NCBI GenBank assembly: GCA_965215125.1
Contig: OZ244052.1
Coordinates: 1,888,001 to 1,952,000, forward strand
Length of the DNA stretch: 64,000 nucleotides
Direction of reading: 5' to 3'
Origin: an uncultured candidatus Porisulfidus sp.
GTDB lineage: Bacteria > Pseudomonadota > Gammaproteobacteria > Poriferisulfidales > Oxydemutatoraceae
Shown in pieces: positions 1-8,789 of the stretch; the first letter of the stretch is position 1; every line of letters starts with the position of its first letter. A program made the translations under genes and the position numbers. The notes under the pieces are model-generated. The model was not told the origin of the DNA, made no database searches, and worked only from the letters and a program-made list of their open reading frames with translations.

Positions 1-98
1 GGGTGGCAAGCTCTGCTTGACGGGGTGGTCCATTCCCCTCCTATGGAGGGGTGGCAAGCTCTGCTTGACGGGGTGGTCTATTCCCCGCCTGTGGAGGG
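1..98. repeat. Tandem 48-bp REP-like palindromic repeat (family A), 2 copies, truncated by window start
   Basis: gggtggcaagctctgcttgacggggtggtc occurs at 1 and 49, each followed by attcccc(t/g)cct(a/g)tggaggg. Related copies lie near 15352, 15668 (reverse), 17522, 17574 and 22433. Confidence 0.8.
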
Positions 99-111
99 AA
101 ATGGTTTGTCC

Positions 112-783
112 CTACGGTTGTATGATAGGGATGAAAGCGGCTGCGGTACCGATTAGGGTTTTGTTGATTATTCGACTGGTTTTATCGGAAATAATGCGCG
201 ACATGAGATCTTGGGTGGTGCTGATTTTTTCTATTAAGGCGTAGACATTGTTGGCTTCACCGTAATTCGTATCTATATGAAATAGCTGCGGTGACATATT
301 TGCTAATTTTCCTTTTAGCAGTTGCAAGTTGTAACTGCTGTTGTATAGTTTTTGAGGATCTATGGTATCGGGGATAAAAAATTCTCGCTGATTGTCGTAT
401 GAATTCCGGATCATGCTACTAATACCGACCATCAAAGCAAAGACTCTATCACCGTCGTAAGAGTTGTCCAACGCCAGTTCGATCGCTTTAATTTGCTGTT
501 TGTTGTCAATTTCTCTGTAGGCGACTTCAACGGGGTAATCGACGATTTGATTGAGACGTTGTTCCAAGCCGATACTCGGTGATTTGGCTAATTCTTTAGG
601 GTTTGTTCTATATAACTCGTGTGCCAATCGTCCGATATAATCGTCCAGACTTCTGACTATGGTGTCGGCGGCCATGTCTATATCGCTTTTAGCGAGGTTT
701 TTGACTTTGCCTCCACTACACCCGTTGAGTATGAGTGTCATTATCAGGACAAATAGACAAGCGTATATTTTTCGGTGTGCCAT
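112..783 (-). CDS. Putative lipoprotein of unknown function
   Basis: ORF 112..822. The ATG at 783 gives MAHRKIYACLFVLIMTLILNGC: basic N-terminus, hydrophobic core and lipobox-like LNGC. Confidence 0.7.
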   Translation of the reverse strand: MAHRKIYACLFVLIMTLILNGCSGGKVKNLAKSDIDMAADTIVRSLDDYIGRLAHELYRTNPKELAKSPSIGLEQRLNQIVDYPVEVAYREIDNKQQIKAIELALDNSYDGDRVFALMVGISSMIRNSYDNQREFFIPDTIDPQKLYNSSYNLQLLKGKLANMSPQLFHIDTNYGEANNVYALIEKISTTQDLMSRIISDKTSRIINKTLIGTAAAFIPIIQP

Positions 784-835
784 TGTTCGGAGGGTTATAA
801 TATAATAAATTAATTTTATCATTATTCAGAAAACC

Positions 836-1204
836 ATGAAAGCACTTTTACTTATTGCACACGGTAGCAACCGGCAATATTCAAACGATGAAATCCGTAG
901 TTTGACGGATAAATTAAGAGCCAAGATAAAGACACATTTCGATCGTGTAGATTGCGTGTTTTTGGAACTTAGCGAACCTTCCATAGCCGATGGCATACAA
1001 CGATGTGCCGCCGACGGCATCGACGAAGTAACCTTGTTGCCTTATTTTTTATCGGCGGGCAAGCATATTGCCGAGGACATTCCCGGAATAGTGGCCGAGC
1101 AACGCGAGCGTTATCCACATATCAGCATGCAGATATGCGACTATGTCGGCAAGCAGCCCGAAATGGAAGATTTATTGAAACGCATCGCATTGCACCATGA
1201 ATGA
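836..1204 (+). CDS. CbiX/SirB-family sirohydrochlorin chelatase (small single-domain)
   Basis: LLLIAHGS, FLELSEPSI and LLPYFLSAGKHIAEDIP motifs typical of CbiX/SirB. Confidence 0.85.
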   Translation: MKALLLIAHGSNRQYSNDEIRSLTDKLRAKIKTHFDRVDCVFLELSEPSIADGIQRCAADGIDEVTLLPYFLSAGKHIAEDIPGIVAEQRERYPHISMQICDYVGKQPEMEDLLKRIALHHE

Positions 1205-1604
1205 AATGCAAACTACGACGGATAATCGGTCAATCAAAAGCTGGTTCATTTTGCTGATCGGGCATCTCTCTTTACTATTCGGGTTGATCGCATTAATATT
1301 ACCGGTGATTCCGACTTCACCTTTTTTGGTGGTCGCCGCCGCCTGCTATGCGCGCACTTCACCTAGATTTCGCAAACTCATTATAGAGAATCGCCATGTG
1401 GGACCGGCAATACTCGAATGGGAGCGTAATAAATGCTTGGAACTCAAACATAAGATTTTATTCGTTTTGATACTGGCGATAGCGTTTTCCTCGTCTGCAT
1501 TTCTATTTATGGAAACGCAATTTGCGAGGCTGATCATGTTAAGTGTGGGTTTGATTGCAATCGTTTATGTAAGTTCTATAAAAACATGCAAGCAAAATCA
1601 GTGA
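1197..1604 (+). CDS. YbaN/DUF454 family inner membrane protein
   Basis: GLIALILPVIPTSPFLVVAAACYARTSPRF...GPAILEWE signature; overlaps the upstream gene. Confidence 0.85.
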   Translation: MNEMQTTTDNRSIKSWFILLIGHLSLLFGLIALILPVIPTSPFLVVAAACYARTSPRFRKLIIENRHVGPAILEWERNKCLELKHKILFVLILAIAFSSSAFLFMETQFARLIMLSVGLIAIVYVSSIKTCKQNQ

Positions 1605-1650
1605 CGATATTAAAAAACCTTGCATAGCGCGAGACAGGGGATAAATAGCG

Positions 1651-2790
1651 ATGGAAGAAAACGCAGTCTACATTCCTCCGGCAACAAAGTGTATCAAATT
1701 GTCCGGCGATTACGGAACCAGCGACTTTTTAATGTACCGAGGCGGACGATTGCCCGAAGTGCAAGTTGCATACGAAGCCTGGGGTGAGTTGTCGCCTAAT
1801 CACGACAATGTCGTATTGCTATTCACCGGCTTGTCGCCGACTGCACACGCCTGCTCGTCGCCCCAGGATACTTCCATCGGATGGTGGGAATATGTAGTAG
1901 GTCCGAACAAGCCCATAGATACCAACCACTTTTATGTAATCTGCGTCAATTCTCTAGGAAGTTGCTTCGGTTCCACATCGCCGAGATCGGTCAATCCACA
2001 GACCGGTAAAGCATACGGTATTGATTTTCCCGAACTGAGTATAGAGGATATCGCAAAATCCGCGCACCATGCGCTGAATGATCTGGGAATAGACCATTTA
2101 TTCGCGGTGGTCGGTGCTTCTATGGGTGGAATGAGTGCTCTGGCTTATGCGTTGCAGTATCCGGAAGAGTTGGATTATTTTGTTTGTATTTCTGCTGCGG
2201 CCAGAGCGTTACCTTTTACCATTGCGGTGCGTTCTTTGCAGCGAGAGATCATACGCTGTGATCCGAACTGGAACGGCGGCGACTATCCTATGGATGACGA
2301 GCCTAGTTGTGGGATGGTATTGGCGAGAAAACTGGGTCTGATGTCGTATCGCTCGGCTTCCGAATGGCGTCATCGCTTTAACCGAGCTAGAGTTTCCGCC
2401 AAGCGACATTCACCTAAGCCATTCGGTTTAGAGTTTGAGATAGAGTCTTATTTGGATTACAACGCCAGAAAATTTGTTTCTCAGTTTGATGCAAATTGCT
2501 ATCTTTATTTATCGCGCGCAATGGACTTGTTCGATGTTGCGGAACACGGTGGTTCGGTCAATGCCGGACTTGCGCAAATACATGCCAAGCACTCTTTGAT
2601 TATCGGGGTCGGCACCGATATACTGTTTCCTTTGGAGCAACAACGCGAAATCGCCGAAGGTCTTCAAAAAGCCGGCAAGTCGGTAGACTTGGTTGAACTG
2701 GACTCAAGCTACGGACACGACTCCTTTCTCATAGATGCTGAGCATTTTTCACCGATAATCAAAAACTTTTTCGACGGCATCAAATTATGA
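1651..2790 (+). CDS. metX: MetX-family homoserine/serine O-acyltransferase (alpha/beta hydrolase), possibly serine O-succinyltransferase type
   Basis: GWWE..VGP.KPIDT, VICVNSLGSCFGST, catalytic GASMGGM, FDANCYLYLSRAMD, DILFP and GHDSFL. Confidence 0.85.
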   Translation: MEENAVYIPPATKCIKLSGDYGTSDFLMYRGGRLPEVQVAYEAWGELSPNHDNVVLLFTGLSPTAHACSSPQDTSIGWWEYVVGPNKPIDTNHFYVICVNSLGSCFGSTSPRSVNPQTGKAYGIDFPELSIEDIAKSAHHALNDLGIDHLFAVVGASMGGMSALAYALQYPEELDYFVCISAAARALPFTIAVRSLQREIIRCDPNWNGGDYPMDDEPSCGMVLARKLGLMSYRSASEWRHRFNRARVSAKRHSPKPFGLEFEIESYLDYNARKFVSQFDANCYLYLSRAMDLFDVAEHGGSVNAGLAQIHAKHSLIIGVGTDILFPLEQQREIAEGLQKAGKSVDLVELDSSYGHDSFLIDAEHFSPIIKNFFDGIKL

Positions 2791-3080
2791 TTCGTTATTG
2801 TAACTGTTGCGTGTAATACCGGCGGTCGTCGTTTCTGTGGTCAAAGCCGCATGGCGTATTATTTCACAATCCAACCGTCGGGCACCTTTTATATACTCGA
2901 ATACAACCGTTCATCGGATAATGAATTCTCGGGCTTTGATATCGGCTAATATTTGGAAAGGTTGTGTGTACAAGAACTATTTACAATTTTTGAGCAATGG
3001 GAGAAAATGGTGTCTAAATTGTTGAAACTTATAAGCATGGTAAAGAAACGATGGATAAATACATCCAACAAGGATAAGAC

Positions 3081-4163
3081 ATGAGTTCTTTTGTAGAATT
3101 AGAAAAATCTAAAAAGGGTCTTTCACATAAAAGCCGGATGAATTGCCTGATAGATTCAATACAGTGTGGAGATGCCGCTTTTTTACTGAAACAGTTACCG
3201 GATAATAGTATTGATTTAGTAGTGACATCCCCACCGTACTATATGCAGCGAAATTATAACGGGACAGGGATCGGGACCGGGCATGAAAAAACAGTTGAGT
3301 CTTATATTGACTCCCTACTTGAAGTATTTTCGGAAATTGTCAGGGTAGTAAAGCCTTCGGGAAATATCGTTTATAACATCGGTGATAAATATCTGAATGG
3401 TTCACTTTTACTTGTGCCGTACAGATTTGCCGTAAAAGCAACTAATGACCATAGTGTGAAGCTTGTCAATGAAATAACTTGGGTAAAGAGAAACCCTACA
3501 CCGAGGCAGTTCGGGCGGCGTCTGGTAAGTAGCACGGAACCATTTTTTCATTTTGTAAAAGGTGCAAAATATTATTACAACCCCGATGAATTTTTTAACG
3601 AGATAGATGAAAGAAAACGGCATAAGCCTTCAAATAGATTAGGAGAAAGATATAGGACATTGATTGAAAATTCGGACTTATCTTCGGAACTGAAAAGAAA
3701 AGCGCATAAATCTCTCGACGAGGTTATTGAAGAAGTAAAAGAATCTAAGATAGAAGGATTTCGTATGAAGATTCGCGGAATACACGCAGAGGCTTTCGGG
3801 GGGCAAGAAGGGGGGCGTAAAAGCCAGATCGAGAAGAACGGTTACACCATTATTAAAATACATGGAAAGAAAATGAAAAAGGATGTGATTATTTCGTCGG
3901 TTGAGTCAATTCCCGGAAATAAACACAGTGCTATATTTCCTCTCTCAATTATCAAAGAAATTATAAAACTGCTTTCACCTAAGAACGGCATCGTTCTAGA
4001 CCCGTATAGCGGGAGTGGCACAACGGCTATTGCCGCTATGGAAGAAGACTGCCATTATCTGGGTATTGATATAGACTCCGCTTATTGTGAGCTCTCAAGA
4101 AAGCGGTTAGCAGAATGTCAAGCGAGAATGAGCGAACATCAAAAAAAACAACAGTTGTGGTAG
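3081..4163 (+). CDS. Site-specific DNA methyltransferase, beta class (likely N4-cytosine)
   Basis: Motif IV VVTSPPY near the N-terminus; HSAIFP and motif I VLDPYSGSGTT near the C-terminus; AT-rich coding sequence. Confidence 0.9.
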   Translation: MSSFVELEKSKKGLSHKSRMNCLIDSIQCGDAAFLLKQLPDNSIDLVVTSPPYYMQRNYNGTGIGTGHEKTVESYIDSLLEVFSEIVRVVKPSGNIVYNIGDKYLNGSLLLVPYRFAVKATNDHSVKLVNEITWVKRNPTPRQFGRRLVSSTEPFFHFVKGAKYYYNPDEFFNEIDERKRHKPSNRLGERYRTLIENSDLSSELKRKAHKSLDEVIEEVKESKIEGFRMKIRGIHAEAFGGQEGGRKSQIEKNGYTIIKIHGKKMKKDVIISSVESIPGNKHSAIFPLSIIKEIIKLLSPKNGIVLDPYSGSGTTAIAAMEEDCHYLGIDIDSAYCELSRKRLAECQARMSEHQKKQQLW

Positions 4164-4244
4164 TCATAAAAAAGATTATAGCTTTCTCTAGAGATTAATA
4201 TAGAAATCATCGCTGAAAGTACTTAAGAGAAAACAGATAATAGA

Positions 4245-5357
4245 ATGTCAAACGAGAACGAAAAAGCACTGGACATACTAAATCAAGTACTGGATATTTC
4301 ACTCTCGGAGCGGACTTGGGCTAATCTTGATAGCGAACATAGATCAAATCTTTCCATTATTGTTGATAACGCATGCAAGGGAAATAGTAGATCCGTTCTT
4401 GCCGTTGTTATAACATTGATATTGAAAAAAACACTTTCTCCCGAGCAAGATATTCGTTTTCATCAAAAGAATATGAATCAAGGCTTTTCGGGTAGAGGGC
4501 TCGATCAAAGAATAGTGACTCCCTTTTTAAGAAAAAACAAATTTCCCTATATGCAAGCTGGTTCCGGGTGGTTAACAAGGTCATTAGAGCAAAAGCATCC
4601 ATATACATACGACTATCCCGGCGTAATTACCCCTCCAAATCTCAAAGAGGCATTTTTAGAAGTCGTCAATTCGGTGGAAGAGCAGAAAATTTCTGCTAGG
4701 GCATGTCTGGCCTATATTCTGCATGAATTAGTAGTTTGGAGAAAAAGACATGCTTCTATTACACTTTCAAAGCCGACGGGTAGACGAATTGAAGATATTG
4801 TGAGTTTTGTTCAAAGACATTGGCAATGTGATATTTCCGGGACGGCACGATTACCCGTACTGGCTGTTTACGCCGTGTATCAATGCCTCATATCCGAAGT
4901 ATTTAAGTATAAGAATTGTCGGTTGCTTGAGTTACTCTCTCACACCAGTGCCGATTCTAGAACCGAGCGGATTGGAGATATTGATATTAAAAGTGGAAAT
5001 AATACAATCGAATCCGTAGAAATTAAACACAACATAGCTATTACCGTGGAGTTGATAGAACAGTTAAAAGAAAAAATTGCTGGAGCAGGTCTTAAAACAT
5101 TTTATATTTTAAGCACTAATGAAAATATACATCCCGATGAGATGAATAAAATAACAAATTTATTATTGGACATACGCCGAAACTACGGTTGCCAAGTAAT
5201 AGTAAACGGGGTTTCCTGCACTATTAAGTATTACTTACGTTTATTAATGGATATAGACAGGTTTTTGTATAAATATGTATCGCTTGTAGAAGCCGACAAA
5301 GAACTTGGTTTTGAACTTAAAATCAAGTGGAACGATATAGTAGATGGAATTGAATAA
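4245..5357 (+). CDS. Putative type II restriction endonuclease (PD-(D/E)xK, distantly SacI-family-like)
   Basis: Directly follows the MTase. Has C-terminal GDIDI...ESVEIK nuclease-like motif and N-terminal FSGRGLD..IVTPFL / SGWLTRSLEQ. No MTase motifs. Confidence 0.65.
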   Translation: MSNENEKALDILNQVLDISLSERTWANLDSEHRSNLSIIVDNACKGNSRSVLAVVITLILKKTLSPEQDIRFHQKNMNQGFSGRGLDQRIVTPFLRKNKFPYMQAGSGWLTRSLEQKHPYTYDYPGVITPPNLKEAFLEVVNSVEEQKISARACLAYILHELVVWRKRHASITLSKPTGRRIEDIVSFVQRHWQCDISGTARLPVLAVYAVYQCLISEVFKYKNCRLLELLSHTSADSRTERIGDIDIKSGNNTIESVEIKHNIAITVELIEQLKEKIAGAGLKTFYILSTNENIHPDEMNKITNLLLDIRRNYGCQVIVNGVSCTIKYYLRLLMDIDRFLYKYVSLVEADKELGFELKIKWNDIVDGIE

Positions 5358-5452
5358 CTGAAGAGAGAGGTGATATTCTCTGCTACGCCGATTGACCCTG
5401 ATATATGTAATGTTTTTCATAGACACAATATTTAGATCCCGTACGACGTAAC

Positions 5453-5484
5453 GCCGATTAACCTACTGGCTTAATCGGCGGTTC
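5453..5484. terminator. Hairpin (repeat family B) between convergent REase and gltA genes; possible terminator
   Basis: gccgattaa-cctactggc-ttaatcggc stem-loop. It is the reverse-complement homologue of the hairpins at 15463 and 15698. Confidence 0.55.
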
Positions 5485-5499
5485 CACTCGGCGGTTCCA

Positions 5500-6807
5500 T
5501 TATCTGTCCGATACAGCGATATAATCTCTGCGCGTATAGCCGGTATAGAGCTGTCTGGGTCTACCGATACGAGTTAGCGGGTCGCCGAGCATTTCATTCC
5601 AATGGCTAACCCAACCGATAGTGCGAGCGATGGCGAAGATGACGGTATACATATCGCGTGGTAAGCCCATCGCATTGAGGATAATCCCGGAATAGAAATC
5701 TACATTCGGATAGAGTTTGCGTGAGATGAAATAGTCGTCTTTTAGTGCGATGTTTTCTAGTTCCTTGGCGGTATCCAGCAAGGGTTTGTCGGTATAGTCC
5801 TTGTTGAGTTCGGATAGCAACTCGTGACAGATAGTACTTATAATTTTTGCGCGTGGATCGTAATTTTTATAGATGCGATGCCCGAAACCCATTAGCCGAA
5901 AATGACTGTTTTTGTCTTTGGCTCTATCTATATAAGACTGCAACGGCTGTCCCGATTCAACTATACTTTCCAACATGTCTATAACCGCTTCGTTAGCCCC
6001 GCCGTGTGCAGGTCCCCACAAAGAGGCAATGCCTGCGACCAAGGCCGCATAAGGATTGGTTTCCGTGCTACCGCTCAAGCGCACCGTAGAAGTGGAAGCA
6101 TTCTGTTCGTGGTCTGCGTGCAACAGCAATATCAAATCCATTGCCGCCGTGTATTTTTGGGATAAAGACGATTGCGGATTGAAGTCGTCCAGTATCATAT
6201 CCAAAAACCTTTCGGTATAAGATAAATCGTTGTTCGGTTTTTTGAATTTCTTAGCTTGTTTATAACGAAGTATGCATGCGGCAATCGTCGGCACTTTGGC
6301 GATTAAGCGGTGAGCGGATCGCTCTCGGTATGTTTCGTCGCGAATCGCTAATTCATCATGATACATTGCAGCGAGATGGCAGAGTGCTGCCATCAACATC
6401 GCCATAGGATGTCCGTGTCTATCAAAACCGTTAAGTAACGCGGTTATTTTTTCCATATCTAGGTTTGCATGTTCGTTCAGACTTGCATTAAAACTTTGCA
6501 ACTGGTCGGTAGTCGGTAATTCACCGTATAAAATTAAATAACAAACCTCGGGATAATTACTTTTTTCCGCCAGCTGCTCTATCGGATAACCGCGATAATA
6601 GAGTAGCCCGGCATCGCCGTCTATATAAGTGATTTTGCTCTCACAGCTTGCCGTTGAAACAAAACCCGGGTCAAAAGTAAAATAGCCCAACTGTTCGTAG
6701 ATAGAACGGATATCGATGATATCCGCACCGCTGGTCGCATCCATAATAGGAAGTTCTATTTCTCTATTCGATCGATAATCCTTTAAGTCAACGTTCTTAT
6801 TTTTCAT
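5500..6807 (-). CDS. gltA: Citrate synthase (type II)
   Basis: DPGF.STASCESKITYIDG, HADHEQNASTSTVR, LWGPAHGGANEAV, RLMGFGHR.YKNYDPRA, LYPNVDFYSG. Confidence 0.97.
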   Translation of the reverse strand: MKNKNVDLKDYRSNREIELPIMDATSGADIIDIRSIYEQLGYFTFDPGFVSTASCESKITYIDGDAGLLYYRGYPIEQLAEKSNYPEVCYLILYGELPTTDQLQSFNASLNEHANLDMEKITALLNGFDRHGHPMAMLMAALCHLAAMYHDELAIRDETYRERSAHRLIAKVPTIAACILRYKQAKKFKKPNNDLSYTERFLDMILDDFNPQSSLSQKYTAAMDLILLLHADHEQNASTSTVRLSGSTETNPYAALVAGIASLWGPAHGGANEAVIDMLESIVESGQPLQSYIDRAKDKNSHFRLMGFGHRIYKNYDPRAKIISTICHELLSELNKDYTDKPLLDTAKELENIALKDDYFISRKLYPNVDFYSGIILNAMGLPRDMYTVIFAIARTIGWVSHWNEMLGDPLTRIGRPRQLYTGYTRRDYIAVSDR

Positions 6808-6989
6808 CGTGTCTTGAGTTATATAATTTTTAGAAATCTTGGTAGTAATGTTTATGAGAGAGAATAGCTATTATACATCACCCCACACCTGTCGGAGATT
6901 TGCATGAATTCACCCCCCTTTACACCGCTGAAGGCAAACCTGAGTTTATCCGACCTACATTCCCATATAGAGATGGATACGATAGTTCG

Positions 6990-8330
6990 TTATCTACTCA
7001 TCGGCACTTTCAATATCTGTCCGATGTGAATAGTATCGGTGCCGAGTCCCGAGAATTGTTTAATGCGATTGACTGAGCTGTTGAAACGTCTGGCGATGCC
7101 GTAGAGGGTGTCGCCTCGGGCGACGGTGTAGTTGCGTATTGCGGTATGGGCGAGGAGCATATCGGCGGTCGCGTAGTCGTTTAGGTAGCGTTTGATGCCG
7201 GTCATAATATTTTTTGCCAGTTGTATTTGATGGCTATGTTGTCTAAGTAGTTTTTCTTCCTCGGGATTGGTGAGATAGCCGAGTTCCACCAGTACCGACG
7301 GTACATCGGGGGACTTTAGAACCAGAAAGCCTGCCGATTCTATATTTCTGCTTCTTACATTTTTTCCGAAGGCATCGAGGATATAGTTGCCGAGTACATT
7401 CGCTCGTCCCATCGATGCGGTTTGCGATAAATCCAGAAGTATAGAGGCGAGGGCGTTATCTTTGTCGTCTATGCTAACACCACCGATAACCGCTTCGTTC
7501 TCGCGTTGTGCGAGTATGCGTGTGGCTTCGCTGGACGCACCTTTATCCGATAACACATAGACCGATGCGCCGCGCACATCGCTGTGATGAAAGGCATCGG
7601 CATGTAGCGAGATAAACAGGTCGGCTTGATGGGTGCGCGCAGCCTCCAATCTTCTGCGCAAGTCTATGAATCGATCATCGTTGCGCGTCAACAGTGCTTT
7701 GATGCCGTATTCTCGGTTGAGCATGCGTTGCAAGGTGATTGCGGTTGATAGTACGATATTTTTTTCTCGGGTTCCGGACACTCCGATTGCGCCGGGGTCT
7801 TTACCGCCGTGTCCGGGGTCTATCATGATCAGTGCTTCGCGCAACCGTGTTTTATCTATTTGTTTTACAGTGGCAGGTTTAGCCGGTGGTTCGCCGATTT
7901 GTTCGGGGGTGCGGGGTTCGGTGCTAAACCATGTCGGATAGTTCAATTTGAAAGAGAGTTGCACGGTATCCGAAGAGAGTGTTTGTAGCGACGATCTCTG
8001 TATGCCGGCAACGAGGTCAAAGACGACTCTATAGTGTTTTCCCTCTTTGGGTGCGGTGCGTATGCCTTTGACAAAAGTATTCTTAATTCCCGACGCAAAG
8101 TTTCGTCGGGCAGGCACCGTGTTAAACAGGTCGATTACGAAGCGAGGCGGGTTTGCAAGGATAATGGTTTTATATTGCGGACGGTTATCAAAGTTTAAGA
8201 CGATGTGTGTGCTTTGATCTATCTCGTTGATTTGCAGACCGAGCAGTGTTGCTGCGTGTACGCCGCTAGGAACTATGCACGGCAATGTGCATAGATATAG
8301 AAAATATAAGTATCTTATGTATTTACTCAA
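6990..8330 (-). CDS. amiB: N-acetylmuramoyl-L-alanine amidase (AMIN + Amidase_3 + LysM)
   Basis: Signal peptide, NPPRFVIDL (AMIN), IDPGHGGKDPGA, FISLHAD, PSVLVELGYLTN and C-terminal LysM YTVARGDTLYGIA; lies downstream of tsaE. Confidence 0.9.
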   Translation of the reverse strand: MSKYIRYLYFLYLCTLPCIVPSGVHAATLLGLQINEIDQSTHIVLNFDNRPQYKTIILANPPRFVIDLFNTVPARRNFASGIKNTFVKGIRTAPKEGKHYRVVFDLVAGIQRSSLQTLSSDTVQLSFKLNYPTWFSTEPRTPEQIGEPPAKPATVKQIDKTRLREALIMIDPGHGGKDPGAIGVSGTREKNIVLSTAITLQRMLNREYGIKALLTRNDDRFIDLRRRLEAARTHQADLFISLHADAFHHSDVRGASVYVLSDKGASSEATRILAQRENEAVIGGVSIDDKDNALASILLDLSQTASMGRANVLGNYILDAFGKNVRSRNIESAGFLVLKSPDVPSVLVELGYLTNPEEEKLLRQHSHQIQLAKNIMTGIKRYLNDYATADMLLAHTAIRNYTVARGDTLYGIARRFNSSVNRIKQFSGLGTDTIHIGQILKVPMSR

Positions 8331-8788
8331 GACTTAAAATCCTCAATTATTTTTTCCACGGAGTATTCCGAGTTACTTGTTATTTTAAGCTGTCGCGAGT
8401 GTTTTTCTATTGCTAAGTTAATAGATAGTGTGGGTTGGGGTAGCATCGCCTCGGCGCGTTCCGGCCATTCAATAACACAAAAGGCGTTGCTTGCGAAGTA
8501 GTCACGACCTCCGATTAAGTCAAATTCATAAGGGTCGCAAACCCTATAAAAATCAAAATGATGCACGAGCAACCGTCCTATAGTATAACTATTTACCAGC
8601 GTGAAAGTCGGGCTTTTTACCGCTTGCTTGCAGCCGAGTCCTTGAATCAATCCCTGACACATGGTTGTCTTGCCTGCTCCCAGCGGACCTTGGAGCCACA
8701 GCGAGGTTGCCGGGCGCACGTGTTTTGCAAGGCAAGCACCCAAATATTTCATTGCCGACGCATCTTTGATATGCAGTTCATAAGTCAT
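8327..8788 (-). CDS. tsaE: tRNA threonylcarbamoyladenosine biosynthesis ATPase TsaE
   Basis: GPLGAGKTT Walker A, VKSPTFTLV, HFDFYR, IEWPE. Confidence 0.95.
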   Translation of the reverse strand: MTYELHIKDASAMKYLGACLAKHVRPATSLWLQGPLGAGKTTMCQGLIQGLGCKQAVKSPTFTLVNSYTIGRLLVHHFDFYRVCDPYEFDLIGGRDYFASNAFCVIEWPERAEAMLPQPTLSINLAIEKHSRQLKITSNSEYSVEKIIEDFKS

Positions 8789-8789
8789 C

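Noticed and set aside
1-98. 48-bp periodic repeat as a possible CRISPR array
   Set aside because: The intervening segments are near-identical palindromes, not unique spacers. No cas genes are present, and the unit recurs singly in other intergenic regions.
17-244. 75-aa + strand ORF with an internal repeat
   Set aside because: It is a translation of the REP-like tandem repeat and overlaps the lipoprotein gene in antisense.
2807-3025. 72-aa ORF upstream of the MTase as a possible controller (C) protein
   Set aside because: TTG start, no clear RBS and no HTH-like pattern.
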